From Yuukianura sp. NJ FZ-2021 (taxonomy: Eukaryota), in assembly GCA_046563655.1 (NCBI GenBank), contig CM102286.1, positions 9,300,001 through 9,364,000 on the forward strand: a DNA stretch of 64,000 bases. The letters are read 5' to 3'. This document shows positions 39,001 to 53,320 of the stretch, piece after piece. The notes under the pieces are model-generated. The model was not told the DNA's origin and made no database searches. It saw only the letters and a program-made list of their open reading frames with translations. Numbering within the stretch: the first letter of the stretch is position 1; every line of letters begins with the position of its first letter. A program made the translations under genes and the position numbers.

Positions 39001-42000
39001 GGATTCTTCAATACCAGACATAGATCAAAAATTTTCAACAGAAATAGTTGCTCTCAAAACGATGTGATAATTTTTGTTAAATGTGAGGGGGTTGTGGATT
39101 GGGATGAAGCTTGAAGGACAGTCCATAAAATATTTAAAAGGTTAGTGAGAAATTTAACTTTTAATTATTTTTTTCTTGTAATTACCAACGACCTTTGCAT
39201 CAAGACCGGCTTTGAATTTAAAAATCAAACACAAGTTTTTGCTCTGAAATAAATAGTTTCTTCAGCTGACGCTACAGGGGGTGGCGAATTGCGATGAAGC
39301 TTGGTAATTTAGAAAAATTTTTATCGTAATTAGCAACGGATTCTTCAATACCAGACATAGATCAAAAATTTTCAACAGAAATAGTTGCTCTCAAAACGAT
39401 GTGATAATTTTTGTTAAATGTGAGGGGGTTGTGGATTGGGATGAAGCTTGAAGGATAGTCCATAAAATATTTAAAAGGTTAGTGAGAAATTTCAGTTTTA
39501 ATTATTTTTTCTTGTAATTACCAACGACCTTTGCATCAAGACCGGCTTGGAATTTAAAAATCACACACAAGTTTTTGCTCTGAAATAAAAAGTTTCTTCA
39601 GCTGACGCTACAGGGGGTGGTGCATTTCGATGAAGCTTGGTAATTTAGAAAAATTTTTATCGTAATTAGCAACGGGTACTTCAATATCGGCCGTAGATGG
39701 AAAAGTTCAAACAGAAATAGTTGCTCTCAAAACGATGTGATAATTTTTGTTAAATGTGAGGGGGTTGTGGATTGGGATGAAGCTTGAAGGACAGTCCATA
39801 AAATATTTAAAAGGTTAGTGAGAAATTTAACTTTTAATTATTTTTTCTTGTAATTACCAACGACCTTTGCATCAAGACCGGCTTGGAATTTAAAAATCAC
39901 ACACAAGTTTTTGCTCTGAAATAAAAAGTTTCTTCAGCTGACGCTACAGGGGGTGGTGCATTTCGATGAAGCTTGGTAATTTAGAAAAATTTTTATCGTA
40001 ATTAGCAACGGGTACTTCAATATCGGACGTAGATGAAAAAGTTCAAACAGAAATAGTTGCTCTCAAAACGATGTGATAATTTTTGTTAAATGTGAGGGGG
40101 TTGTGGATTGGGATGAAGCTTGAAGGATAGTCCATAAAATATTTAAAAGGTTAGTGAGAAATTTCAGTTTTAATTATTTTTTCTTGTAATTACCAACGAC
40201 CTTTGCATCAAGACCGGCTTGGAATTTAAAAATCAAACACAAGTTTTTGCTCTGAAATAAATAGTTTCTTCAGCTGACGCTACAGGGGGTGGTGCATTTC
40301 GATGAAGCTTGGTAATTTAGAAAAATTTTTATCGTAATTAGCAACGGATTCTTCAATACCAGACATAGATCAAAAATTTTCAACAGAAATAGTTGCTCTC
40401 AAAACGATGTGATAATTTTTGTTAAATGTGAGGGGGTTGTGGATTGGGATGAAACTTGAAGGATAGTCCATAAAATATTTAAAAGGTTAGTGAGAAATTT
40501 CAGTTTTAATTATTTTTTCTTGTAATTACCAACGACCTTTGCATCAAGACCGGCTTGGAATTTAAAAATCACACACAAGTTTTTGCTCTGAAATAAAAAG
40601 TTTCTTCAGCTGACGCTACAGGGGGTGGTGCATTTCGATGAAGCTTGGTAATTTAGAAAAATTTTTATCGTAATTAGCAACGGGTACTTCAATATCGGCC
40701 GTAGATGAAAAAGTTCATACAGAAATAGTTGCTCTCAAAACGATGTGATAATTTTTGTTAAATGTGAGGGGGTTGTGGATTGGGATGAAGCTTGAAGGAC
40801 AGTCCATAAAATATTTAAAAGGTTAGTGAGAAATTTAACTTTTAATTATTTTTTCTTGTAATTACCAACGACCTTTGCATCAAGACCGGCTTTGAATTTA
40901 AAAAATCACACACAAGTTTTTGCTCTGAAATAAAAAGTTTCTTCAGCTGACGCTACAGGGGGTGGTGCATTTCGATGAAGCTTGGTAATTTAGAAAAATT
41001 TTTATCGTAATTAGCAACGGGTACTTCAATATCGGACGTAGATGAAAAAGTTCAAACAGAAATAGTTGCTCTCAAAACGATGTGATAATTTTTGTTAAAT
41101 GTGAGGGGGTTGTGGATTGGGATGAAGCTTGAAGGATAGTCCATAAAATATTTAAAAGGTTAGTGAGAAATTTCAGTTTTAATTATTTTTTCTTGTAATT
41201 ACCAACGACCTTTGCATCAAGACCGGCTTGGAATTTAAAAATCAAACACAAGTTTTTGCTCTGAAATAAATAGTTTCTTCAGCTGACGCTACAGGGGGTG
41301 GTGCATTTCGATGAAGCTTGGTAATTTAGAAAAATTTTTATCGTAATTAGCAACGGATTCTTCAATACCAGACATAGATCAAAAATTTTCAACAGAAATA
41401 GTTGCTCTCAAAACGATGTGATAATTTTTGTTAAATGTGAGGGGGTTGTGGATTGGGATGAAACTTGAAGGATAGTCCATAAAATATTTAAAAGGTTAGT
41501 GAGAAATTTCAGTTTTAATTATTTTTTCTTGTAATTACCAACGACCTTTGCATCAAGACCGGCTTGGAATTTAAAAATCACACACAAGTTTTTGCTCTGA
41601 AATAAAAAGTTTCTTCAGCTGACGCTACAGGGGGTGGTGCATTTCGATGAAGCTTGGTAATTTAGAAAAATTTTTATCGTAATTAGCAACGGGTACTTCA
41701 ATATCGGCCGTAGATGAAAAAGTTCATACAGAAATAGTTGCTCTCAAAACGATGTGATAATTTTTGTTAAATGTGAGGGGGTTGTGGATTGGGATGAAGC
41801 TTGAAGGACAGTCCATAAAATATTTAAAAGGTTAGTGAGAAATTTAACTTTTAATTATTTTTTTCTTGTAATTACCAACGACCTTTGCATCAAGACCGGC
41901 TTTGAATTTAAAAATCACACACAAGTTTTTGCTCTGAAATAAAAAGTTTCTTCAGCTGACGCTACAGGGGGTGGTGCATTTCGATGAAGCTTGGTAATTT

Positions 42001-45000
42001 AGAAAAATTTTTATCGTAATTAGCAACGGGTACTTCAATATCGGACGTAGATGAAAAAGTTCAAACAGAAATAGTTGCTCTCAAAACGATGTGATAATTT
42101 TTGTTAAATGTGAGGGGGTTGTGGATTGGGATGAAGCTTGAAGGATAGTCCATAAAATATTTAAAAGGTTAGTGAGAAATTTCAGTTTTAATTATTTTTT
42201 CTTGTAATTACCAACGACCTTTGCATCAAGACCGGCTTGGAATTTAAAAATCAAACACAAGTTTTTGCTCTGAAATAAATAGTTTCTTCAGCTGACGCTA
42301 CAGGGGGTGGTGCATTTCGATGAAGCTTGGTAATTTAGAAAATTTTTTATCGTAATTAGCAACGGATTCTTCAATACCAGACATAGATCAAAAATTTTCA
42401 ACAGAAATAGTTGCTCTCAAAACGATGTGATAATTTTTGTTAAATGTGAGGGGGTTGTGGATTGGGATGAAGCTTGAAGGATAGTCCATAAAATATTTAA
42501 AAGGTTAGTGAGAAATTTCAGTTTTAATTATTTTTTCTTGTAATTACCAACGACCTTTGCATCAAGACCGGCTTGGAATTTAAAAAATCACACACAAGTT
42601 TTTGCTCTGAAATAAAAAGTTTCTTCAGCTGACGCTACAGGGGGTGGTGCATTTCGATGAAGCTTGGTAATTTAGAAAAATTTTTATCGTAATTAGCAAC
42701 GGGTACTTCAATATCGGCCGTAGATGAAAAAGTTCATACAGAAATAGTTGCTCTCAAAACGATGTGATAATTTTTGTTAAATGTGAGGGGGTTGTGGATT
42801 GGGATGAAGCTTGAAGGACAGTCCATAAAATATTTAAAAGGTTAGTGAGAAATTTAACTTTTAATTATTTTTTTCTTGTAATTACCAACGACCTTTGCAT
42901 CAAGACCGGCTTTGAATTTAAAAATCACACACAAGTTTTTGCTCTGAAATAAAAAGTTTCTTCAGCTGACGCTACAGGGGGTGGTGCATTTCGATGAAGC
43001 TTGGTAATTTAGAAAAATTTTTATCGTAATTAGCTACGGGTACTTCAATATCGGACGTAGATGAAAAAGTTCAAACAGAAATAGTTGCTCTCAAAACGAT
43101 GTGATAATTTTTGTTAAATGTGAGGGGGTTGTGGATTGGGATGAAGCTTGAAGGACAGTCCATAAAATATTTAAAAGGTTAGTGAGAAATTTAACTTTTA
43201 ATTATTTGTTTCTTGTAATTACCAACGACCTTTGCATCAAGACCGGCTTTGAATTTAAAAATCAAACACAAGTTTTTGCTCTGAAATAAATAGTTTCTTC
43301 AGCTGACGCTACAGGGGGTGGCGAATTGCGATGAAGCTTGGCAATTTAGAAGAATTTTTATCGTAATTAGCAACGGGTACTTCAATATCGGACGTAGATG
43401 AAAAAGTTCAAACAGAAATAGTTGCTCTCAAGACGATGAGTTAATTTTTGTTCACTGTGTGGGGTTGTGGATTGGGATGAAGCTTGAAGGTAAGTCATAA
43501 AATATTTAAATGGTTAGTAAGAAATTTAAGTTTTGATTATTTTTTCTAGCAATTACCAACGACATTTGCATCAAGACCGGCTTGGAATTTAAAAATCAAA
43601 CACAAGTTTTTGCTCTGAAATAAATAGTTTCTTCAGCTGACGCTACAGGGGGTGGTGCATTTCGATGAAGCTTGGTAATTTAGAAAATTTTTTATCGTAA
43701 TTAGCAACGGATTCTTCAATACCAGACATAGATCAAAAATTTTCAACAGAAATAGTTGCTCTCAAAACGATGTGATAATTTTTGTTAAATGTGAGGGGGT
43801 TGTGGATTGGGATGAAGCTTGAAGGATAGTCCATAAAATATTTAAAAGGTTAGTGAGAAATTTCAGTTTTAATTATTTTTTCTTGTAATTACCAACGACC
43901 TTTGCATCAAGACCGGCTTGGAATTTAAAAATCACACACAAGTTTTTGCTCTGAAATAAAAAGTTTCTTCAGCTGACGCTACAGGGGGTGGTGCATTTCG
44001 ATGAAGCTTGGTAATTTAGAAAAATTTTTATCGTAATTAGCAACGGGTACTTCAATATCGGCCGTAGATGAAAAAGTTCATACAGAAATAGTTGCTCTCA
44101 AAACGATGTGATAATTTTTGTTAAATGTGAGGGGGTTGTGGATTGGGATGAAGCTTGAAGGACAGTCCATAAAATATTTAAAAGGTTAGTGAGAAATTTA
44201 ACTTTTAATTATTTTTTCTTGTAATTACCAACGACCTTTGCATCAAGACCGGCTTTGAATTTAAAAATCACACACAAGTTTTTGCTCTGAAATAAAAAGT
44301 TTCTTCAGCTGACGCTACAGGGGGTGGTGCATTTCGATGAAGCTTGGTAATTTAGAAAAATTTTTATCGTAATTAGCAACGGGTACTTCAATATCGGACG
44401 TAGATGAAAAAGTTCAAACAGAAATAGTTGCTCTCAAAACGATGTGATAATTTTTGTTAAATGTGAGGGGGTTGTGGATTGGGATGAAGCTTGAAGGATA
44501 GTCCATAAAATATTTAAAAGGTTAGTGAGAAATTTCAGTTTTAATTATTTTTTCTTGTAATTACCAACGACCTTTGCATCAAGACCGGCTTGGAATTTAA
44601 AAATCAAACACAAGTTTTTGCTCTGAAATAAATAGTTTCTTCAGCTGACGCTACAGGGGGTGGTGCATTTCGATGAAGCTTGGTAATTTAGAAAATTTTT
44701 TATCGTAATTAGCAACGGATTCTTCAATACCAGACATAGATCAAAAATTTTCAACAGAAATAGTTGCTCTCAAAACGATGTGATAATTTTTGTTCACTGT
44801 GTGGGGTTGTGGATTGGGATGAAGCTTGAAGGATAGTCCATAAAATATTTAAAAGGTTAGTGAGAAATTTCAGTTTTAATTATTTTTTCTTGTAATTACC
44901 AACGACCTTTGCATCAAGACCGGCTTGGAATTTAAAAATCACACACAAGTTTTTGCTCTGAAATAAAAAGTTTCTTCAGCTGACGCTACAGGGGTGGTGC

Positions 45001-48000
45001 ATTTCGATGAAGCTTGGTAATTTAGAAAAATTTTTATCGTAATTAGCAACGGGTACTTCAATATCGGCCGTAGATGAAAAAGTTCATACAGAAATAGTTG
45101 CTCTCAAAACGATGTGATAATTTTTGTTAAATGTGAGGGGGTTGTGGATTGGGATGAAGCTTGAAGGACAGTCCATAAAATATTTAAAAGGTTAGTGAGA
45201 AATTTAACTTTTAATTATTTTTTCTTGTAATTACCAACGACCTTTGCATCAAGACCGGCTTTGAATTTAAAAATCACACACAAGTTTTTGCTCTGAAATA
45301 AAAAGTTTCTTCAGCTGACGCTACAGGGGGTGGTGCATTTCGATGAAGCTTGGTAATTTAGAAAAATTTTTATCGTAATTAGCAACGGGTACTTCAATAT
45401 CGGACGTAGATGAAAAAGTTCAAACAGAAATAGTTGCTCTCAAAACGATGTGATAATTTTTGTTAAATGTGAGGGGGTTGTGGATTGGGATGAAGCTTGA
45501 AGGACAGTCCATAAAATATTTAAAAGGTTAGTGAGAAATTTAACTTTTAATTATTTGTTTCTTGTAATTACCAACGACCTTTGCATCAAGACCGGCTTTG
45601 AATTTAAAAATCAAACACAAGTTTTTGCTCTGAAATAAATAGTTTCTTCAGCTGACGCTACAGGGGGTGGCGAATTGCGATGAAGCTTGGCAATTTAGAA
45701 GAATTTTTATCGTAATTAGCAACGGGTACTTCAATATCGGACGTAGATGAAAAAGTTCAAACAGAAATAGTTGCTCTCAAAACGATGTGATAATTTTTGT
45801 TAAATGTGAGGGGGTTGTGGATTGGGATAAAGCTTGAAGGATAGTCCATAAAATATTTAAAAGGTTAGTGAGAAATTTCAGTTTTAATTATTTTTTCTTG
45901 TAATTACCAACGACCTTTGCATCAAGACCGGCTTGGAATTTAAAAATCAAACACAAGTTTTTGCTCTGAAATAAATAGTTTCTTCAGCTGACGCTACAGG
46001 GGGTGGTGCATTTCGATGAAGCTTGGTAATTTAGAAAAATTTTTATCGTAATTAGCAACGGATTCTTCAATACCAGACATAGATCAAAAATTTTCAACAG
46101 AAATAGTTGCTCTCCAAACGATGTGATAATTTTTGTTAAATGTGAGGGGGTTGTGGATTGGGATGAAGCTTGAAGGATAGTCCATAAAATATTTAAAAGG
46201 TTAGTGAGAAATTTCAGTTTTAATTATTTTTTCTTGTAATTACCAACGACCTTTGCATCAAGACCGGCTTGGAATTTAAAAATCACACACAAGTTTTTGC
46301 TCTGAAATAAATAGTTTCTTCCGCTGACGCTACAGGGGGTGGCGAATTGCGATGAAGCTTGGCAATTTAGAAGAATTTTTATCGTAATTAGCAACGGGTA
46401 CTTCAATATCGGACGTAGATGAAAAAGTTCAAACAGAAATAGTTGCTCTCAAAACGATGTGATAATTTTTGTTAAATGTGAGGGGGTTGTGGATTGGGAT
46501 AAAGCTTGAAGGATAGTCCATAAAATATTTAAAAGGTTAGTGAGAAATTTCAGTTTTAATTATTTTTTCTTGTAATTACCAACGACCTTTGCATCAAGAC
46601 CGGCTTGGAATTTAAAAATCAAACACAAGTTTTTGCTCTGAAATAAATAGTTTCTTCAGCTGACGCTACAGGGGTGGTGCATTTCGATGAAGCTTGGTAA
46701 TTTAGAAAAATTTTTATCGTAATTAGCAACGGATTCTTCAATACCAGACATAGATCAAAAATTTTCAACAGAAATAGTTGCTCTCCAAACGATGTGATAA
46801 TTTTTGTTCACTGTGTGGGGTTGTGGATTGGGATGAAGCTTGAAGGATAGTCCATAAAATATTTAAAAGGTTAGTGAGAAATTTCAGTTTTAATTATTTT
46901 TTCTTGTAATTACCAACGACCTTTGCATCAAGACCGGCTTGGAATTTAAAAATCACACACAAGTTTTTGCTCTGAAATAAATAGTTTCTTCCGCTGACGC
47001 TACAGGGGGTGGCGAATTGCGATGAAGCTTGGCAATTTAGAAGAATTTTTATCGTAATTAGCAACGGGTACTTCAATATCGGACGTAGATGAAAAAGTTC
47101 AAACAGAAATAGTTGCTCTCAAAACGATGTGATAATTTTTGTTAAATGTGAGGGGGTTGTGGATTGGGATGAAGCTTGAAGGATAGTCCATAAAATATTT
47201 AAAAGGTTAGTGAGAAATTTCAGTTTTAATTATTTTTTCTTGTAATTACCAACGACCTTTGCATCAAGACCGGCTTGGAATTTAAAAATCACACACAAGT
47301 TTTTGCTCTGAAATAAATAGTTTCTTCAGCTGACGCTACATGGGGTGGTGCATTTCGATGAAGCTTGGTAATTTAGAAAAATTTTTATCGTAATTAGCAA
47401 CGGATTCTTCAATACCAGACATAGATCAAAAATTTTCAACAGAAATAGTTGCTCTCCAAACGATGTGATAATTTTTGTTAAATGTGAGGGTTGTGGATTG
47501 GGATGAAGCTTGAAGGATAGTCCATAAAATATTTAAAAGGTTAGTGAGAAATTTCAGTTTTAATTATTTTTTCTTGTAATTACCAACGACCTTTGCATCA
47601 AGACCGGCTTGGAATTTAAAAATCACACACAAGTTTTTGCTCTGAAATAAATAGTTTCTTCCGCTGACGCTACAGGGGGTGGCGAATTGCGATGAAGCTT
47701 GGCAATTTAGAAGAATTTTTATCGTAATTAGCAACGGGTACTTCAATATCGGACGTAGATGAAAAAGTTCAAACAGAAATAGTTGCTCTCAAAACGATGT
47801 GATAATTTTTGTTAAATGTGAGGGGGTTGTGGATTGGGATAAAGCTTGAAGGATAGTCCATAAAATATTTAAAAGGTTAGTGAGAAATTTCAGTTTTAAT
47901 TATTTTTTCTTGTAATTACCAACGACCTTTGCATCAAGACCGGCTTGGAATTTAAAAATCAAACACAAGTTTTTGATCTGAAATAAATAGTTTCTTCAGC

Positions 48001-51000
48001 TGACGCTACAGGGGGTGGTGCATTTCGATGAAGCTTGGTAATTTAGAAAAATTTTTATCGTAATTAGCAACGGATTCTTCAATACCAGACATAGATCAAA
48101 AATTTTCAACAGAAATAGTTGCTCTCCAAACGATGTGATAATTTTTGTTAAATGTGAGGGGGTTGTGGATTGGGATGAAGCTTGAAGGATAGTCCATAAA
48201 ATATTTAAAAGGTTAGTGAGAAATTTCAGTTTTAATTATTTTTTCTTGTAATTACCAACGACCTTTGCATCAAGACCGGCTTGGAATTTAAAAATCACAC
48301 ACAAGTTTTTGCTCTGAAATAAATAGTTTCTTCCGCTGACGCTACAGGGGGTGGCGAATTGCGATGAAGCTTGGCAATTTAGAAGAATTTTTATCGTAAT
48401 TAGCAACGGGTACTTCAATATCGGACGTAGATGAAAAAGTTCAAACAGAAATAGTTGCTCTCAAAACGATGTGATAATTTTTGTTAAATGTGAGGGGGTT
48501 GTGGATTGGGATGAAGCTTGAAGGATAGTCCATAAAATATTTAAAAGGTTAGTGAGAAATTTCAGTTTTAATTATTTTTTCTTGTAATTACCAACGACCT
48601 TTGCATCAAGACCGGCTTGGAATTTAAAAATCACACACAAGTTTTTGCTCTGAAATAAATAGTTTCTTCCGCTGACGCTACAGGGGTGGCGAATTGCGAT
48701 GAAGCTTGGCAATTTAGAAGAATTTTTATCGTAATTAGCAACGGGTACTTCAATATCGGACGTAGATGAAAAAGTTCAAACAGAAATAGTTGCTCTCAAA
48801 ACGATGTGATAATTTTTGTTAAATGTGAGGGGGTTGTAGATTGGGATAAAGCTTGAAGGATAGTCCATAAAATATTTAAAAGGTTAGTGAGAAATTTCAG
48901 TTTTAATTATTTTTTCTTGTAATTACCAACGACCTTTGCATCAAGACCGGCTTGGAATTTAAAAATCAAACACAAGTTTTTGCTCTGAAATAAATAGTTT
49001 CTTCAGCTGACGCTACAGGGGGTGGTGCATTTCGATGAAGCTTGGTAATTTAGAAAAATTTTTATCGTAATTAGCAACGGATTCTTCAATACCAGACATA
49101 GATCAAAAATTTTCAACAGAAATAGTTGCTCTCCAAACGATGTGATAATTTTTGTTAAATGTGAGGGGGTTGTGGATTGGGATGAAGCTTGAAGGATAGT
49201 CCATAAAATATTTAAAATGTTAGTGAGAAATTTCAGTTTTAATTATTTTTTCTTGTAATTACCAACGACCTTTGCATCAAGACCGGCTTGGAATTTAAAA
49301 ATCACACACAAGTTTTTGCTCTGAAATAAATAGTTTCTTCCGCTGACGCTACAGGGGGTGGTGCATTTCGATGAAGCTTGGTAATTTAGAAAAATTTTTA
49401 TCGTAATTAGCAACGGATTCTTCAATACCAGACATAGATCAAAAATTTTCAACAGAAATAGTTGCTCTCAAAACGATGTGATAATTTTTGTTAAATGCGA
49501 GGGGGTTGTGGATTGGGATGAAGCTTGAAGGATAGTCCATAAAATATTTAAAAGGTTAGTGAGAAATTTCAGTTTTAATTATTTTTTCTTGTAATTACCA
49601 ACGACCTTTGAATCAAGACCGGCTTGGAATTTAAAAATCACACACAAGTTTTTGCTCTGAAATAAATAGTTTCTTCCGCTGACGCTACAGGGGGTGGCGA
49701 ATTGCGATGAAGCTTGGCAATTTAGAAGAGTTTTTATCGTAATTAGCAACGGGTACTTCAATATCGGACGTAGATGAAAAAGTTCAAACAGAAATAGTTG
49801 CTCTCAAAACGATGTGATAATTTTTGTTAAATGTGAGGGGGTTGTGGATTGGGATGAAGCTTGAAGGATAGTCCATAAAATATTTAAAAGGTTAGTGAGA
49901 AATTTCAGTTTTAATTATTTTTTCTTGTAATTACCAACGACCTTTGCATCAAGACCGGCTTGGAATTTAAAAATCACACACAAGTTTTTGCTCTGAAATA
50001 AATAGTTTCTTCCGCTGACGCTACAGGGGGTGGCGAATTGCGATGAAGCTTGGCAATTTAGAAGAATTTTTATCGTAATTAGCAACGGATTCTTCAATAC
50101 CAGACATAGATCAAAAATTTTCAACAGAAATAGTTGCTCTCCAAACGATGTGATAATTTTTGTTAAATGTGAGGGGGTTGTGGATTGGGATGAAGCTTGA
50201 AGGATAGTCCATAAAATATTTAAAATGTTAGTGAGAAATTTCAGTTTTAATTATTTTTTCTTGTAATTACCAACGACCTTTGCATCAAGACCGGCTTGGA
50301 ATTTAAAAATCACACACAAGTTTTTCCTCTGAAATAAATAGTTTCTTCCGCTGACGCTACAGGGGGTGGTGCATTTCGATGAAGCTTGGTAATTTAGAAG
50401 AATTTTTATCGTAATTAGCAACGGGTTCTTCAATATCGGACATAGTTCAAAAAGTTCAAACAGAAACAGTTGCTCTCAAAACGATGAGATAATTTTTGTT
50501 AAATGTGAGGGGGTTGTGGATTGGGATAAAGCTTGAAGGATAGTCCATAAAATATTTAAAAGGTTAGTGAGAAATTTCAGTTTTAATTATTTTTTCTTGT
50601 AATTACCAACGACCTTTGCATCAAGACCGGCTTGGAATTTAAAAATCAAACACAAGTTTTTGCTCTGAAATAAATAGTTTCTTCAGCTGACGCTACAGGG
50701 GTGGTGCATTTCGATGAAGCTTGGTAATTTAGAAAAATTTTTATCGTAATTAGCAACGGATTCTTCAATACCAGACATAGATCAAAAATTTTCAACAGAA
50801 ATAGTTGCTCTCCAAACGATGTGATAATTTTTGTTAAATGTGAGGGGGTTGTGGATTGGGATGAAGCTTGAAGGATAGTCCATAAAATATTTAAAAGGTT
50901 AGTGAGAAATTTCAGTTTTAATTATTTTTTCTTGTAATTACCAACGACCTTTGCATCAAGACCGGCTTGGAATTTAAAAATCACACACAAGTTTTTGCTC

Positions 51001-53111
51001 TGAAATAAATAGTTTCTTCCGCTGACGCTACAAGGGGTGGCGAATTGCGATGAAGCTTGGCAATTTAGAAGAATTTTTATCGTAATTAGCAACGGGTACT
51101 TCAATATCGGACGTAGATGAAAAAGTTCAAACAGAAATAGTTGCTCTCAAAACGATGTGATAATTTTTGTTAAATGTGAGGGGGTTGTGGATTGGGATAA
51201 AGCTTGAAGGATAGTCCATAAAATATTTAAAAGGTTAGTGAGAAATTTCAGTTTTAATTATTTTTTCTTGTAATTACCAACGACCTTTGCATCAAGACCG
51301 GCTTGGAATTTAAAAATCAAACACAAGTTTTTGCTCTGAAATAAATAGTTTCTTCAGCTGACGCTACAGGGGTGGTGCATTTCGATGAAGCTTGGTAATT
51401 TAGAAAAATTTTTATCGTAATTAGCAACGGATTCTTCAATACCAGACATAGATCAAAAATTTTCAACAGAAATAGTTGCTCTCCAAACGATGTGATAATT
51501 TTTGTTAAATGTGAGGGGTTGTGGATTGGGATGAAGCTTGAAGGATAGTCCATAAAATATTTAAAAGGTTAGTGAGAAATTTCAGTTTTAATTATTTTTT
51601 CTTGTAATTACCAACGACCTTTGCATCAAGACCGGCTTGGAATTTAAAAATCACACACAAGTTTTTGCTCTGAAATAAATAGTTTCTTCCGCTGACGCTA
51701 CAGGGGTGGCGAATTGCGATGAAGCTTGGCAATTTAGAAGAATTTTTATCGTAATTAGCAACGGGTACTTCAATATCGGACGTAGATGAAAAAGTTCAAA
51801 CAGAAATAGTTGCTCTCAAAACGATGTGATAATTTTTGTTAAATGTGAGGGGGTTGTGGATTGGGATGAAGCTTGAAGGATAGTCCATAAAATATTTAAA
51901 AGGTTAGTGAGAAATTTCAGTTTTAATTATTTTTTCTTGTAATTACCAACGACCTTTGCATCAAGACCGGCTTGGAATTTAAAAATCACACACAAGTTTT
52001 TGCTCTGAAATAAATAGTTTCTTCCGCTGACGCTACAGGGGGTGGCGAATTGCGATGAAGCTTGGCAATTTAGAAGAATTTTTATCGTAATTAGCAACGG
52101 GTACTTCAATATCGGACGTAGATGAAAAAGTTCAAACAGAAATAGTTGCTCTCAAAACGATGTGATAATTTTTGTTAAATGTGAGGGGGTTGTAGATTGG
52201 GATAAAGCTTGAAGGATAGTCCATAAAATATTTAAAAGGTTAGTGAGAAATTTCAGTTTTAATTATTTTTTCTTGTAATTACCAACGACCTTTGCATCAA
52301 GACCGGCTTGGAATTTAAAAATCAAACACAAGTTTTTGCTCTGAAATAAATAGTTTCTTCAGCTGACGCTACAGGGGGTGGTGCATTTCGATGAAGCTTG
52401 GTAATTTAGAAAAATTTTTATCGTAATTAGCAACGGATTCTTCAATACCAGACATAGATCAAAAATTTTCAACAGAAATAGTTGCTCTCCAAACGATGTG
52501 ATAATTTTTGTTAAATGTGAGGGGGTTGTGGATTGGGATGAAGCTTGAAGGATAGTCCATAAAATATTTAAAATGTTAGTGAGAAATTTCAGTTTTAATT
52601 ATTTTTTCTTGTAATTACCAACGACCTTTGCATCAAGACCGGCTTGGAATTTAAAAATCACACACAAGTTTTTGCTCTGAAATAAATAGTTTCTTCCGCT
52701 GACGCTACAGGGGGTGGTGCATTTCGATGAAGCTTGGTAATTTAGAAAAATTTTTATCGTAATTAGCAACGGATTCTTCAATACCAGACATAGATCAAAA
52801 ATTTTCAACAGAAATAGTTGCTCTCAAAACGATGTGATAATTTTTGTTAAATGTGAGGGGTTGTGGATTGGGATGAAGCTTGAAGGATAGTCCATAAAAT
52901 ATTTAAAAGGTTAGTGAGAAATTTCAGTTTTAATTATTTTTTCTTGTAATTACCAACGACCTTTGAATCAAGACCGGCTTGGAATTTAAAAATCACACAC
53001 AAGTTTTTGCTCTGAAATAAATAGTTTCTTCCGCTGACGCTACAGGGGGTGGCGAATTGCGATGAAGCTTGGCAATTTAGAAGAGTTTTTATCGTAATTA
53101 GCAACGGGTAC
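21068..53111. repeat. Satellite B main array (~95 monomers, ~32 kb)
   Basis: Uninterrupted 334-337-bp tandem repeat with region-specific variants and local higher-order periodicity. Confidence 0.98.
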
Positions 53112-53238
53112 TGTTAGGGTAGTGGCAACCATTATGACATTATGACGCAATGTCAATATAGGTCAGCGTACTGGTATAAATAAAAGCTTCCGAGGGTAAT
53201 ACCCTCGGCATTCTTGAGCCCCAAAACCATCCGTAACA
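53112..53238 (+). repeat. 5' LTR (127 bp)
   Basis: Starts TGTTA, ends TAACA, and is a direct repeat of 62050-62168. Contains TATAAATAAAA (53175-53185) and the hairpin CCGAGGGT-AAT-ACCCTCGG (53190-53208). Confidence 0.96.
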
Positions 53239-53239
53239 A

Positions 53240-53251
53240 TGGTAGCAGAGG
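53240..53251 (+). promoter_or_regulatory. Primer binding site complementary to initiator tRNA-Met
   Basis: TGGTAGCAGAGG lies 1 nt after the LTR and is the reverse complement of the metazoan tRNA-iMet 3' end (...CCUCUGCUACCA, recalled from memory). Confidence 0.88.
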
Positions 53252-53320
53252 GATGAACTCACGACACTTAAATAAAAAATACAGTTGAAAGGAATTTTAT
53301 CTAATCGTATTTACGTTTAC

